A DNA stretch of 64,000 nucleotides from contig CM119265.1 of NCBI GenBank assembly GCA_051294375.1, forward strand, positions 29,288,540 to 29,352,539, in the 5' to 3' direction. The notes under the pieces were generated by a model. The model was not told the origin of the DNA. It did not search any database and saw nothing but the letters and a program-made list of their open reading frames with translations. This document shows, in pieces, positions 52,422 to 64,000 of this stretch (the stretch's first letter is position 1; each line of letters starts with the position of its first letter). This DNA is from Paraspadella gotoi. Taxonomy: Eukaryota > Animalia > Chaetognatha. The position numbers were made by a program, and so were the translations under genes.

Positions 52422-53069
52422 CTTCCTCTTTAGCAATAAGCTTTATAAGCCCCCAAATTTAGGTTAGTTCCGTCAGCGAAAATTTAAGAGGAAAGTTGAT
52501 TGTTAAGAATTATGGGATTAAGGCGTAGAGAATTTGTTTTCGTTGATTTGAAAGTTATTGCAACCCCCGACCTCAACTATATTCGAATCATTATTTATTT
52601 CAACTTATTTTACAAAATATTATTAACGGTTAACGGTCTTGATTAAAACTATATTTTTATTTTGGAGTGAGGTGTTCAAAAATTAAATGTTTTTTTTATT
52701 TCTTAAATTATCAAAACTTTGATGTCTATCCTGTTTTCCGTTTTACCCACGATTTATTATAAAATTGGTACAACCAATAAAAAAATTATACATTCATTTA
52801 ATAAGTAAGCTATCTTGCCTCTGACTTTGGATAGGCTTTGGTGGTTGAGGGCCTCCATCAGTCTTACAAGATAATGACATAGCAAGCATTCAATCGAGAC
52901 TCTCTCACAGTCTCGTTTATTCACTCCCAGAGTACCTGACTTTCCGATCCATGAAGTGGAATAATATTGCATGTCACATAATATCATATATATAATTTTA
53001 CATGCGTGCATATAATAAAATGACTTTTTGTTCAAGATTTTTAACTAACACTTTCTTGTTTTTTCTTTG

Positions 53070-53200
53070 TTACTATCGAGCCTTGACCGGCGAAGCCGGG
53101 TCAGGCTCTATTAATTGTTTGAGGTTGCTTCTTTGTGACGTAGTCGTCGTCGTCGTCGTCGTCCGTCGACGCTGTTTTCATATATAAAAACTACTACGCT
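53070..53200 (+). mobile_element. Possible 5' end of a second HINE-like family
   Basis: T-rich start and a GC hairpin GAGCCTTGACCGGC-GAA-GCCGGGTCAGGCTC, followed by a (GTC)n/GTCC tract. Confidence 0.4.
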
Positions 53201-55487
53201 TTTATAGGTTTGGCTGTGGACTTACGTTTTTTTTAAAAAAATTATTATGAATTATGCATAAGTTTTTACAAAAGTGTGCGATCTGTAAAGTTAAAATTTA
53301 GATATGCTTTTCATCTTGAAATAGCTGTGATATTTTCATATTAACTTTGGATTTAAGTATTTTTTGTTTGAATTTCCACTTCATTATGATTACTGCAATA
53401 TGCAAATGAGATAAAGTACTCCTTATAATATCCAAATTAGTATATAGAAATGCTTTAATCTAATTTACATATTGCAAGTATACTAATATTGAAGATGAAA
53501 TTCAAAAATTTGTTTTAAATTTTTAATAAAATGGGACTCAAAGGATTTTTTTAATGAGAAGCTATATCTTAATTTTAATACAAATATAATTAAATCTTTT
53601 ACAAGCTGCGATTGGAAAAATTGGAAAAATTTTCCAATTGTAAACAATTGTAACATATTTGACTTTTCTTTTATTTTCTTTAAATTATAATTTAGATTTT
53701 CTTTCCTATATATCGTCAGTTGCTCGCTTTTTCTGAACCCTTAAAAACGGAGTTCAGGTTCTGACTGGCTTCCAGCTTTCTCTTTCTTCTGCTCTTTGTC
53801 TCTTTCTGTTCTCTTTCTCTCCTACTTCTCTGTCTCTCATCACCTCGTACGATCGTTCGTTTTTTGAAAAATTCTGATTAGTTTTTTCCTTCTCAAAACT
53901 TTGTATTATCGCCATTTTATTTCCGCGCTTTGTTTTTTCAATAACATACATCCCAAATTTATATTCTGAGGATAGTAACTTGGAAAGAAATTCACGGTTT
54001 TTCTTTTTCTTTCTTTCTCTCTCTCTCTCTCTCTCTCTCCTTCTCTCTCTCTCTTCTTTTATTTTTTTTATAAAAATGAGAATAACTTATAATAGATATG
54101 CATTCATCACATATAAATCAGTCTAGATGAGCCGCTAACTGTATATATGCACGATAATATAATGCGTTTCGTTGGCGGGAAACTGTCCAGCGCTCTCTCC
54201 TCTCTCTTCTCTCTCTCTCGTCTCTCCTCTGCTCCTCTCTCTTCTTCACTCATACACCCGCATCTTGTTTGTTTATCCTTACGATGAATGATTCAGGGCG
54301 TCATAGAATCACTATCATCGCATCAATGGATGACTATCATCGTATCAATGAATATTTATCATCATGAATCAGATGATATGACTATCTCGCATCAATCATT
54401 TGATTATCATGCACATCAGTATTTTGTTATCATCGCATCCAATTATTGGTTATCATCGCGTCAATATTTGGATCATCGCCATCAATCATTTGGTATCATC
54501 GCGGGATCGAATATTTGGTTACTATCGAAGCGGCTCGATCTTTATGCTTTTAAGATTTTTTTTTCCCTTTTTTTTCTTTTTTTCTTTCCTTCGGTTGAAG
54601 AGAAAGAAACAAGAATTGAATGACAAGAAGAAGTGGGAGATTAGATGAGGTGTGGGGTTGCAGTGTGGGATGTGGTGTTGCAGTGTGGGCGGAAGTGTGG
54701 TCGAAAGAGGTAGAGGCGAAGTCTGAGGTGAGAAAGGTTACGTTGAGCTGGGTAAGGAATGCAAAGTAGGTAGAGAAAGGGAAGGGACTTTTTTTTGCTT
54801 GTAAACTTCCAGGTAAGGCATTTGTTGAGGCGTCTCTCTCTCTCTCTTGCTCTCTCTATCTCTCTCTCTCTTTCTCTCTCTCTGTTCGGCGTCATTTAAC
54901 AGCTTTTCTTCCCAGTTTTTCACGTCGTTTTTTTTTTCTTTTATCGTTTTTTTCTTACTTAAATTTTCTTCTCCTTTTATTCTCCTTTTTTTCTTTTTCT
55001 TCTCTTTTTCTTTTCTTTCTTTTCCTTTCTTTTTTCTACTTTTTTCCTTCTCTTTCTTTTTCTTTTCCTCTTTTTTTCTCCTTTTTTCTTTTCTTTCTTT
55101 TCCTCCCTTTTTTATCCTTTTCTTTCTTTTCCTCCCTTTATTTTATTACTTTTTTCTCCTATTTTTATTTTCTTTTATTTTTTCTTTTCCTCCCTTTTTT
55201 TCTTTTTATTTTCCTCACTTTTTCTTTTCTATTCTTTTCTTATTTTTGTATTTCGTCATTATTTTCTCTTTCCTATTTTTTTCCCAAAATAGTCTCACAC
55301 GATTTTCCCTTTGTCAGTCTAATATATGGGTCCTAAATTTTTTAAACTTTCCTGATGTAAAATTTTCTTTATTTTCAATTCACAACTGTTTGTGGTTTTT
55401 GTAAACCATTTTTGTAAATTATTTTTTATTTAAAATTAAATATGCGTTACTCTCTTTTTTCCTTCACCTTCAGGAGGCTCTCTTCTC

Positions 55488-55597
<110 letters not shown>

Positions 55598-55709
55598 ATC
55601 CCTTTGCTTTCACTATTCTGAGTTTTTGTCTTTTCCACTTTCCTTCTCCGCTTTTTAACTCCTCTCTTTCGCTCCCCTTCCCTTTTCTTTTCACTTATCT
55701 TTCCTTCTC

Positions 55710-56030
55710 CTCTTAACTCCTCTCCTCTGCTCCTCTAACTCCTATTCCCCTCTACCCTAACCTCATAAATGTCCTTTTTTCTTTGCTCCTATTAATTCCT
55801 ATTCCCCTCTACCTTTTTACCTCACTAATCTCCTATCTTCTTTGCTCCTCTTAATTCCTATTCCCCAATACCCTAACCTAATTAATCTCCTCTCTTCTTC
55901 TTTGCTCCTTTTAATTCCTATTCCTCACTACCCTAACCTAACTAATCTCCTTTCTTCTTCTTTGCTCTTCTTAACTCCTATTCCCCTCTACCCTAACCTC
56001 ACTAATCTCTTCTCTTCTTCTTTGCTCCTC
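55710..56030. repeat. About 60-bp tandem repeat
   Basis: ttaattcctattcccctctaccctaacctcactaatctcctctcttcttctttgctcctc, about 5 copies. Confidence 0.85.
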
Positions 56031-56499
56031 CTTTTTTTTCATTTTAATTTCGTGTGAACAAAATCGGTTGGTCGAAGGTGAACCGTTGATGGGGCTGTTG
56101 AAAAGGCAGATGATGGGGCTGTTGAAGAGGCAGATGATGGGACTGTTGAAAGCTCATGTACTAAAGTTGGTGATGTAGTTGGTTATATATGGGCTGGTGA
56201 GAAAAGACTTTGTTTATTGATGTAGATATGTTGATTAGAGAAAGTCGTAAGTAATGAAAGGGAGAAGAAATAAAGAAATTTATAAAACAAGGACTTAAAT
56301 TAGTCAAAATAGAGAAAATAGTGCATTAAAAATTTTATTAAAAATAACTTTTTTTCTTTTTTCATATTTTTTTTCTGTTTTCTTCTCTTTTAGATTTTTT
56401 TCTCTTCAATTTTTTTTATCGCAAATCGAAACACATTTTAGGTGTTCATGGAAAAAAGGGACTGACCCTTAAAGTGAGGAAAGTCATGGGAGAGGAAGA

Positions 56500-56514
56500 A
56501 AAAAAAAGAGAGTA

Positions 56515-56569
<55 letters not shown>

Positions 56570-56734
56570 AACAGAGAGAGATTTTACAGGTGTTTATGAA
56601 AAAAAAGAATGTGACCCCAGAAAAAGGGAGAAAAAGAGTTTGAGGAAAGAGAGAGATAGAGATAGAGAGAGATAGATAGATAGATAGATAATTGTACATG
56701 GACCTAGGTACCTTCTGCAAGAAGGACCTATAAG

Positions 56735-56793
<59 letters not shown>

Positions 56794-58270
56794 AAAGAGA
56801 GAAAGAGTGGGTATTTTACAGCAAGAGGGAGATCCAAAAAACAATTAAAACTGAAGTAAAAGAAAATCATTTATTTATTAAGTGCAGATATACATATTAA
56901 AAAAGAAAGTAAGCCTTTCAGGCTAACAGCATTTTGTTAAAATATCAAAAAACAAAATTAAAGAAAGAAGAAGTTGCCCACTTCGCTATTGGGGAGAAGC
57001 AGAAAATTGATATCCTCTCTCTCTCTCTCTCTCTNNNNNNNNNNNNNNNNNNNNNNNNNACTCTCGTCCTCTCTCTGTCTTATCATATATAGTTTTTCCT
57101 CTCTCTCTTTCTGCTATTCTTTTTTCTCGTCTCTTTCACTTTCTTTTTCTATCTCTTCTAACTTTTTATTTTGTCTGCTCTCTCTTTCCTCTCATCTCTC
57201 TTTCTCTCTCTCTCGTCTCTTCAATCTCGTCTCTCTCTCTCTCCCTCTCTCTCCCCTTTTTCTCTCCCTCTCCATCTCGCCGTCCTTTCTTCTCCCTTCT
57301 CTCCTTAAGGAATATTTTCATTTTCTAAAAACTAAATTTAAAAAAAAAGAAAAAGCTGAGGAACTGTCTATCCACAAGAAATGCTGAAGGCGTGCTGAGG
57401 CATGGAAAAGAATAAAACTCACGGTGGAAATATGGGGGTTTGAAGTAGAAAAGGAGAGAGAGAGAGAGGAAGAGAGAGCAGAGCAAAGAAAAAGGGAGAA
57501 GAGGAGGGGATAGAGAGGAGAGAGAGAAGAAAGAGAGAGAGAGAGAGGATATCAATTTTCTGACTTTCTCGCCCAATGAGGCGAAGTTGGGCAACTTCTT
57601 CTTTCTTTTAATTTTCTGTTTTTTGGATATTTACACAGCAAATGCTGATTAGCCTGAAGGGCTTAACTTCTTTTTTACATACTTATTCTGCACGTATAAT
57701 AAATAAATCGAATTGTCTATTGTACATCAGTTGGGTAATTGTTTATTTTGGGATCTCCGATCTTGGCGTGTAAAGATACCCCTCAGCTCTTTCTCTCGAT
57801 TATATTCGTCACTTCTCGACTCGTCCTCTCTCTCTCCTCCGTCGTTCTCTCACTCCCTCTCCGTCTCTCCTCCGATCTCTCTCTCTCGATCATGCTACTA
57901 CCTTAAGGTCCTTCTTAGCAGAAGGTTACGCGTAGGTTCCATGTACAATTTCTAATCCTATCTAAAGTCTATCTCTCTCCTATCTCTACCTCTCTTTCCT
58001 CCAACACTCCTTTTTCTCCGTCCTTTTTCCTTGGGGGGGTTCAGCAAGCATTGCCTTTTTTTTTGATCAGTAAAACCAAGGCCTGTAAAATCTCTCTTCT
58101 TCTCTGTTTTTCTCATCTCATCCTCCCCTCTCTCCCTCTCTCATCTCTCTCCACTTCTTTCTCGCCTGTTTCTCTAATGCTCTCTCTCTCTCATCCTCTC
58201 TCATCTTTCTCTCTCTCGTCTCAACTCTCCTCAGCATCTCGCGATCGAGTCTCTCTCTGCTTCTTATTCT
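56500..58270. repeat. Inverted duplication around a 25-N gap
   Basis: About 57535-58270 is an indel-rich reverse complement of about 56500-57034 (e.g. gttgcccacttcgc..gaaaattgatatcc vs ggatatcaattttc..gcgaagttgggcaac). Confidence 0.85.
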
Positions 58271-58649
58271 TTTTTAACACTTTTACCTTAACTCTCTAGA
58301 GAGAGAGAGAGAGAGAGAGGGTGCAAAGTCAAGTTCTTTTCCTTTCGGTTCAACTCCGTCGAATTCTTAAGTCAACGGACATCAATCATCCAAACTTTAG
58401 AGTCGCCGTCTGTTTAACCGTTCACTCTTATTGGTCGCCACTTTTTAAGGGGTCCCACTTCAAGCACTACACCTCCCTAACTCCCATTATGATCCCCTTA
58501 ATTCTTCTATTTCATTCAAGCGCTACATCCCTTACTCCTTATTTTAACTACTTTTAATTATTTTGTTTTTCTTATTTCAATTTATTATAAATATTTTATT
58601 ATTATTTTATCCCTGATGTTCCAGAGGAATTTTTTTATATTTTTTCCTT

Positions 58650-59110
58650 TTCTATTTCTCTCTTCCCTTATTTCTATAATCCCTTGTCCTTATTTTCCCT
58701 AATACTTCCCCTATTCCTTCCTTCCCCTATTTATCTCTTCCCTTAATTCTATAATCCATTGTCTTTATTTTCCCTATTCCTTCCTTCCCCGATTTATCTC
58801 TTCTCTTATTTCTATAATCCATTGTTTATTTTCCCTATTCCTTCCCCTATTCATCCTTTCCTTTATTTCTATAATCCATTATCCTTAATTTCCCTATTCC
58901 TTCCCCTATTCCTTCCTTCCCCTATTTATCCCTTCCCTTATTTCTATAATCCATTGTCCTTATTTTCCCCTATTTCTTCCTTCCCCTATTAATCCCTTCC
59001 CTTATTTCTATAATCCATTGTCCTTATTTTTCCTATTCCTTCCTTCCCCTATTTATCCCTTCCCTTATTTCTATAATCCATTGTCCTTATTTCCCCACTT
59101 CCTTCCCCTA
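58650..59110. repeat. About 60-65-bp tandem repeat
   Basis: ttccctattccttccttcccctatttatcccttcccttatttctataatccattgtccttattt variants. Confidence 0.85.
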
Positions 59111-62100
59111 TTCCTCCCTTTCCTTATTTCTTTTTCTTATTCCTCCCTTTTCCTATTCCTTCCCATATTTCTCCCTTCCCCTTTCCTGCCTTTCCCCTTT
59201 TCTTTTCCTTTATCCTCCCTTCCCCTTTTCCTACCCTTATTCTTCCTTTTCCCTTATTGCTTCCCCTATTCTTATATTTCCCCTATTTCTTTCCCTTTTC
59301 CTTCCATTATTTCTCCCTTCCCCTATTCTTCCCTTTTCCCTATTCCTTCCCATATTCTTTCCTTCTCCTATTTCTTCCTTCCCATTTTCCTTCCCTTATT
59401 TCTCCCTTCCCCTTTGCTACACTTTACCATATTCCTATTCCTCCTCCTAATCTTCTATTTTCCCTATTCCTTCCTCTATTTCTTCCCCTATTCCTTCCCC
59501 AATTCCTTCCCCTGTTTCTTTGTTCTCCGTTTCCTTTCCTATTCCTCCCTTCCCCTATTCATTCCCCTATTTTTTCCTTACCCTCATTCATTCCCTATTC
59601 TTTCCTTCCCCTATTCCTTTCCCTATTCCTTCCCCTATTCCTTCCTTTCTCATAATGTTTCCGTTTTTTCTTCTTTTATTCCTTCCTTCCGCTTTTCGTC
59701 TCTCAACCACGACTTCCTTTTCAACAGAAGCAACTTTTTTTTCAAAGTAAAGGGCATCTTCCGTCTTGCAACTTTTGCCTTCTGATCAGGATGCATGTTT
59801 TCTAACCTCATTCCTCCAAGATCTATGCCCCATGCCCCATGCAAGTCCATGCTTCTTAATGACGGAATATTAGACGTCCCGCTACCTACCAAATAAATTT
59901 TCTCACTTTCTGTATTCAATTTTCCTCTCTTTTTTTTATCTCTCTCTCTCTCTCTCCCTCTCCTCTCTCTATCTATCTCTCTCTCTCTCTCTTTCTCTGT
60001 CTCTCTCTCTCTCATCTCTTCTCTCGTCAACACCACTTCTTTTCCGTCGATCCTTTGGCGGCCGGAAGGAGCGATTTGTGAAGTGCTTGGATTTTTGTTT
60101 TTGTTGGAAATAAGAGTAAAGAAATGATGCAGGCAGATTTATTCGAAAGCTGGGGAGGAGTTTTTTGTGGTTTATTATGTGATTTTGTGGGGTACAGATG
60201 CGTGGCTAAAGTGGATAAAAATGAAAAATAAAGAGACACTAAAACAAAGAAACGAAAAAGGAAAAACAAAGATTTTATTTTTGACGGGATATTGACATTA
60301 TAGGTTTAATTAAAGTAGACGAGTAGATTCCTATGATAAAATGAAGAGGAGGAGGGAGATTTATCGTAGATATTTCAACATTGCAGATTAACGTTTGAAG
60401 ATTTCTTTTACTTGATGGATTGTGGAAGCGGAAGTTCTCCAGTGTGAAAGACTTATTTTAATAATTGTACGGAAGAATAAAAAGAATCTCACCTGTCTAA
60501 TAAAGGTCATCATTTAATCTTATGAATTTCTTGGATTAAGAAATAATAAGACTAACTATATTACTCCACTTCACGGAAAAAGAGAGAGTTGCTGTCCGTG
60601 AAAAGAATAGGACTTTCATATTATATTTGCAAGAACACAGGAAAATGCGACCGAGTCTCGCTGAAAAGCGAAACACAAAAAAATAAGGTAATTTCATTTG
60701 CCTAGTTTTAAACAAAACAGAAAATGAGCAAATTTTTGCTAACAAAATGTCGGTAATACGTTCAATTTTGCACTGGAATAAAGCATAAAAAGAAAGGGAA
60801 ATATGGAAGAATGATATAAGTAGTTAGCGCTATAACTTAAGCATAAAAGAAATGAGAATTGCTACAAAGAAGCGGACTTTTTTTGCCGTCAAACAAAAAG
60901 AGAATAGTTATGTTAGAAGAAACATAGTAAGGACTAATTAAAAGTGTAAAAGGGAATAGAAAAACTAAGCTGATAGATGGGGACGGGCAGGAGGGGGGAA
61001 GGTAATTCCATTTCTTTAATCACTTCTCACGGCAGGGGGATTCTTTCCGCTTTAGTTTGTTTTTGTCTCGGGGCGATCTGTTGGCTTTCCGAAAGATTTT
61101 CACTTTTTTCTAAACGTGGTCTCGTAACAGAGTTCCAACCTTTAATATGCACTTCGATTTTCCCCCCGCTGGTTCTGGTATGAGGGTCACTCAATTTTAC
61201 AATGGATGACACTGACTTTAATTATAACGTACACCACTCCAGAGCAAGAGAAATATATCCTAAATGTCTGAGATAGTAAATAATACACTGATGTTTTTAA
61301 CTTCCGGTCTAAATCACCCTCATTTTCACATCGCAATTATAGCGAATCTCTTTCTTTTATCCTTTTTTTTTTCCCAGATATTGCACTACGTGGTTAAAAT
61401 TCAAAGAGGGTACTCTTTTTTCCTTCTTTTCGACGACACACACACAACTTCAGATGGTACGCGATGGTCTAACCCCATAACAGACCATATAAAAAATCAT
61501 TGAATTTTACATGCCTCATCTTTTATCTCTATTCTTCTCGAATTGCGTCTGTGAGAGTCTCTTCCCTAACTGTCGGGTGCAAGGGAGACTTATTCCATCA
61601 CTTTATGCCATATCTTTTTTCTTTTAATATCATTTTATTTTAAGATTCTTAAGGTCTGGTCAGATATACTCTCCCTTTAAATATCTTTCTCTTTGGTCCA
61701 AACCGTCCACTTGTAGCCTTTAAACGACAATCTCCGCCACTTTCAAACTGCTACCTTCGCTACGAAAATTCATCCCACTTATGTACCCTTGTACCCGATC
61801 ATAATTTAAACACCTAAAACTTATATTCTATTTTTGATTAAAATCGGAACAATAGTTAGCTTCATACTTTTTTTGAAGAAAATTTAATTTTGGCTTCTAT
61901 AAACAGCGAGAACGAAGTTTTTATCGGAGGATTGCGTCGGATTTTAATACTTATAATTTTCTTGCAGACTTTATATCCTATATATCTTTTTTCGTTTTCT
62001 TTTCTAATTTGAGTTCAATTACACTTGTGGTTACATTGTACAATATTTAAAATTATCTATTTCATCGCTTAATACATAAGGTCTATCTTGCCTGACCCGC

Positions 62101-63035
62101 TTGATTTGACAGTAAGGTCTTGTAGTGAATAGTTGCAGTTCAACCAAGCTAGTTAAAACATTTTAAAATTTTGCATTTTTCTCTATATATTTCATTGGAG
62201 TACTATGTATAATATGGGCTGCATTGCGAAAATTAAAGAATTTTTTTTTTATTTTAAAATGTTCAACTTTACCCTTATGTTCTTTATCATCCATTTATAT
62301 TTTTCTTTCTCTGCGGTACGAACTTCCTGTTCAAGTTTTTGATTCTATTATTCGGAATTTGTGGAATTCTAAACTTACTTGGATTTTAATATTTTTTTGC
62401 TTACCGCTTTGCTTTAATTCATGACTGGCTTTATGGTTGGTATTAACGCCTTTACCATCGCATATCTTACATTAGCCTAATGATTTGCAGTTCCGTCTGC
62501 AAGCTCATCAACGTTTTCAGTTATTCCTCGCTCAGTCTTGTTATTCACCCCAAAAGTACTGACTTCTCTTAGGATGTGTATATTACAAAAACAGAGGAAA
62601 AAACAAAAACAGTAATATACAACAAATTACAATCACGAATTTACATTAGCTGAAAAGGTCAGCCATAACAATAGGGTCATCTCATTGGTTCGAATCATAA
62701 CCGGGACTCATTTCTTCGTCTGTGCGTCGTCAAATCAAAATAACTTGTCAATTAAAATATACTTTCGAAATAAGAATTTTATTTTTTTATTGACTTAAGT
62801 TTGCTAAGATTGTTTGATCCTTAGATTTAAAAGTACTATTTTTTGGCGAAACCGTTCCGTAATTCTCTTAGCAGAGCAGCAGTCTTGCCTTCTTTGTTTC
62901 TCTCCCAACTTCTGGAGGGAATCGGCGGAATAGACTCTCTGTCACTCCGTGCGGGAGTCCGCCGGCCGGTTCTTCCTTTCGGGGATTCAAACTCGCCTCA
63001 ACATCAATCTATACGTGAGAGGACCTTTCATGCAG

Positions 63036-63396
63036 AGATCATGCAGCTCACCGCAGGGCCCTCACTACAATTGTGCGTAAGGGGCGACGGAAGGTGCGTC
63101 GTAAGACGCAATCACTAGAATCCGAATGTAAAACAGGCTGGGGTAAGTTTTTTTTGTTGCAACTCACTTTTTCGGCTTTGGTAAGCGCTGTCTGTCCGTT
63201 AATTTTTCGTTCATTCATGTTCATATTGATTAATAATTATGAACAAATTGCAAAAATTACACTAATATTATAATAATTTTACGATAACATTTGGTAAAAG
63301 TTTAAATACTAAGGAAACCTACAATGTTTTTGTATTGTTTTATTTACATTTCTAATGCAGACATTGAAGATGAGCCCTTACTTTACAAACGCAAAG
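63036..63396 (+). CDS. Two candidate exons (about 63036-63142 and 63361-63396) of an unidentified gene
   Basis: Two GTAAGT donors (63143, 63397) and a ctaatgcag acceptor (63360). The phase-1 join reads ..RRALTTIVRKGRRKVRRKTQSLESECKTGW-D-IEDEPLLYKRK. No family recognised. Confidence 0.35.
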
Positions 63397-64000
63397 GTAA
63401 GTGATATAATGCGAATTGAAAAAATAACCGAGCAGGTAGCTGCGGTTCCAGTCGGCGAACAGTCAATTATGTTTTCTCAAATAAACTTTTTTTAAATATT
63501 TAGTTAATTATAAATTAATTTTTGCGAGGGTGTATTAAATGCTTGTTTGAGCATGTTTAAATTTTGTAAATATTATAATTGTATATATTATTATATTTTT
63601 AACTATTAATGAATATACGTGAACGTATTATCGGTAAAGGCTTGTCAATGTTTCGGTAACTCACTGAAATTTGTGGTTTTGTGTTTTTCTCTTAATTATC
63701 CGATCCAACACGAGTTACGTAATTTTGGGGAGACATTCTGGGACGGATTCCTAAAAATTAGTTATTAGGAATTATCGTACAAAAACACGACCAAACTCTA
63801 AGTTCAAGTAAGCCAAGTTCTATCTTATTTCCCTCGTTTTTCTATTGATGATCTGAATTCCTCGGATTGTGTTCTCAACTAACAAATTTGTGAATTTTTC
63901 TTTCTTAGGAATTGGTTAAAACGATTCCACTTTGTAAAATTTTGACGTTGATTGGTCGATTTAGCGAACTAAACGTCTTCCAAGAAAGAGGTATTAACGT

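Noticed and set aside
54155-54195. Possible further hammerhead on the minus strand (cuggaca-guu..aac-gaaacgcauu)
   Set aside because: The core does not match CUGANGA, stem II has only 3 bp, and the region is noisy.
59790-59875. cag|GAT site as the next Ig exon
   Set aside because: The translation DACFLTSFLQDLC.. does not fit an Ig F strand well and reaches a stop without a donor site.

Overview
AT-rich, microsatellite-dense DNA from an invertebrate-like eukaryotic draft assembly, with many N gaps and stretches of indel-rich, long-read-like sequence. Almost all ORFs in the supplied track are artefacts of (GA)n, (TTTTC)n and (GAC)n repeats or of N gaps. Supported content: (1) four phase-compatible + strand exons (24903-24980, 47177-47277, 48990-49057, 52186-52340) of an immunoglobulin-superfamily gene with a 22-kb intron; (2) a duplicated block (1-6363 vs about 8526-18128), probably two haplotypes or reads placed in tandem, where one copy holds a 3.95-kb hAT-type transposon (9929-13879, with a nested candidate solo LTR) and the other holds what looks like a hAT excision footprint at the same site; (3) a dispersed family of minimal type I hammerhead ribozymes of the Penelope-like/retrozyme kind at four independent loci, with covarying stem II, a shared downstream motif and nearby inverted repeats; (4) several Helentron-associated (HINE/DINE-1-like) elements, a Tc1/mariner deletion derivative, a MITE-like palindrome and many minisatellites; (5) an unexplained higher-complexity segment at 60-64 kb. 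All calls were made by eye and no database searches were run.
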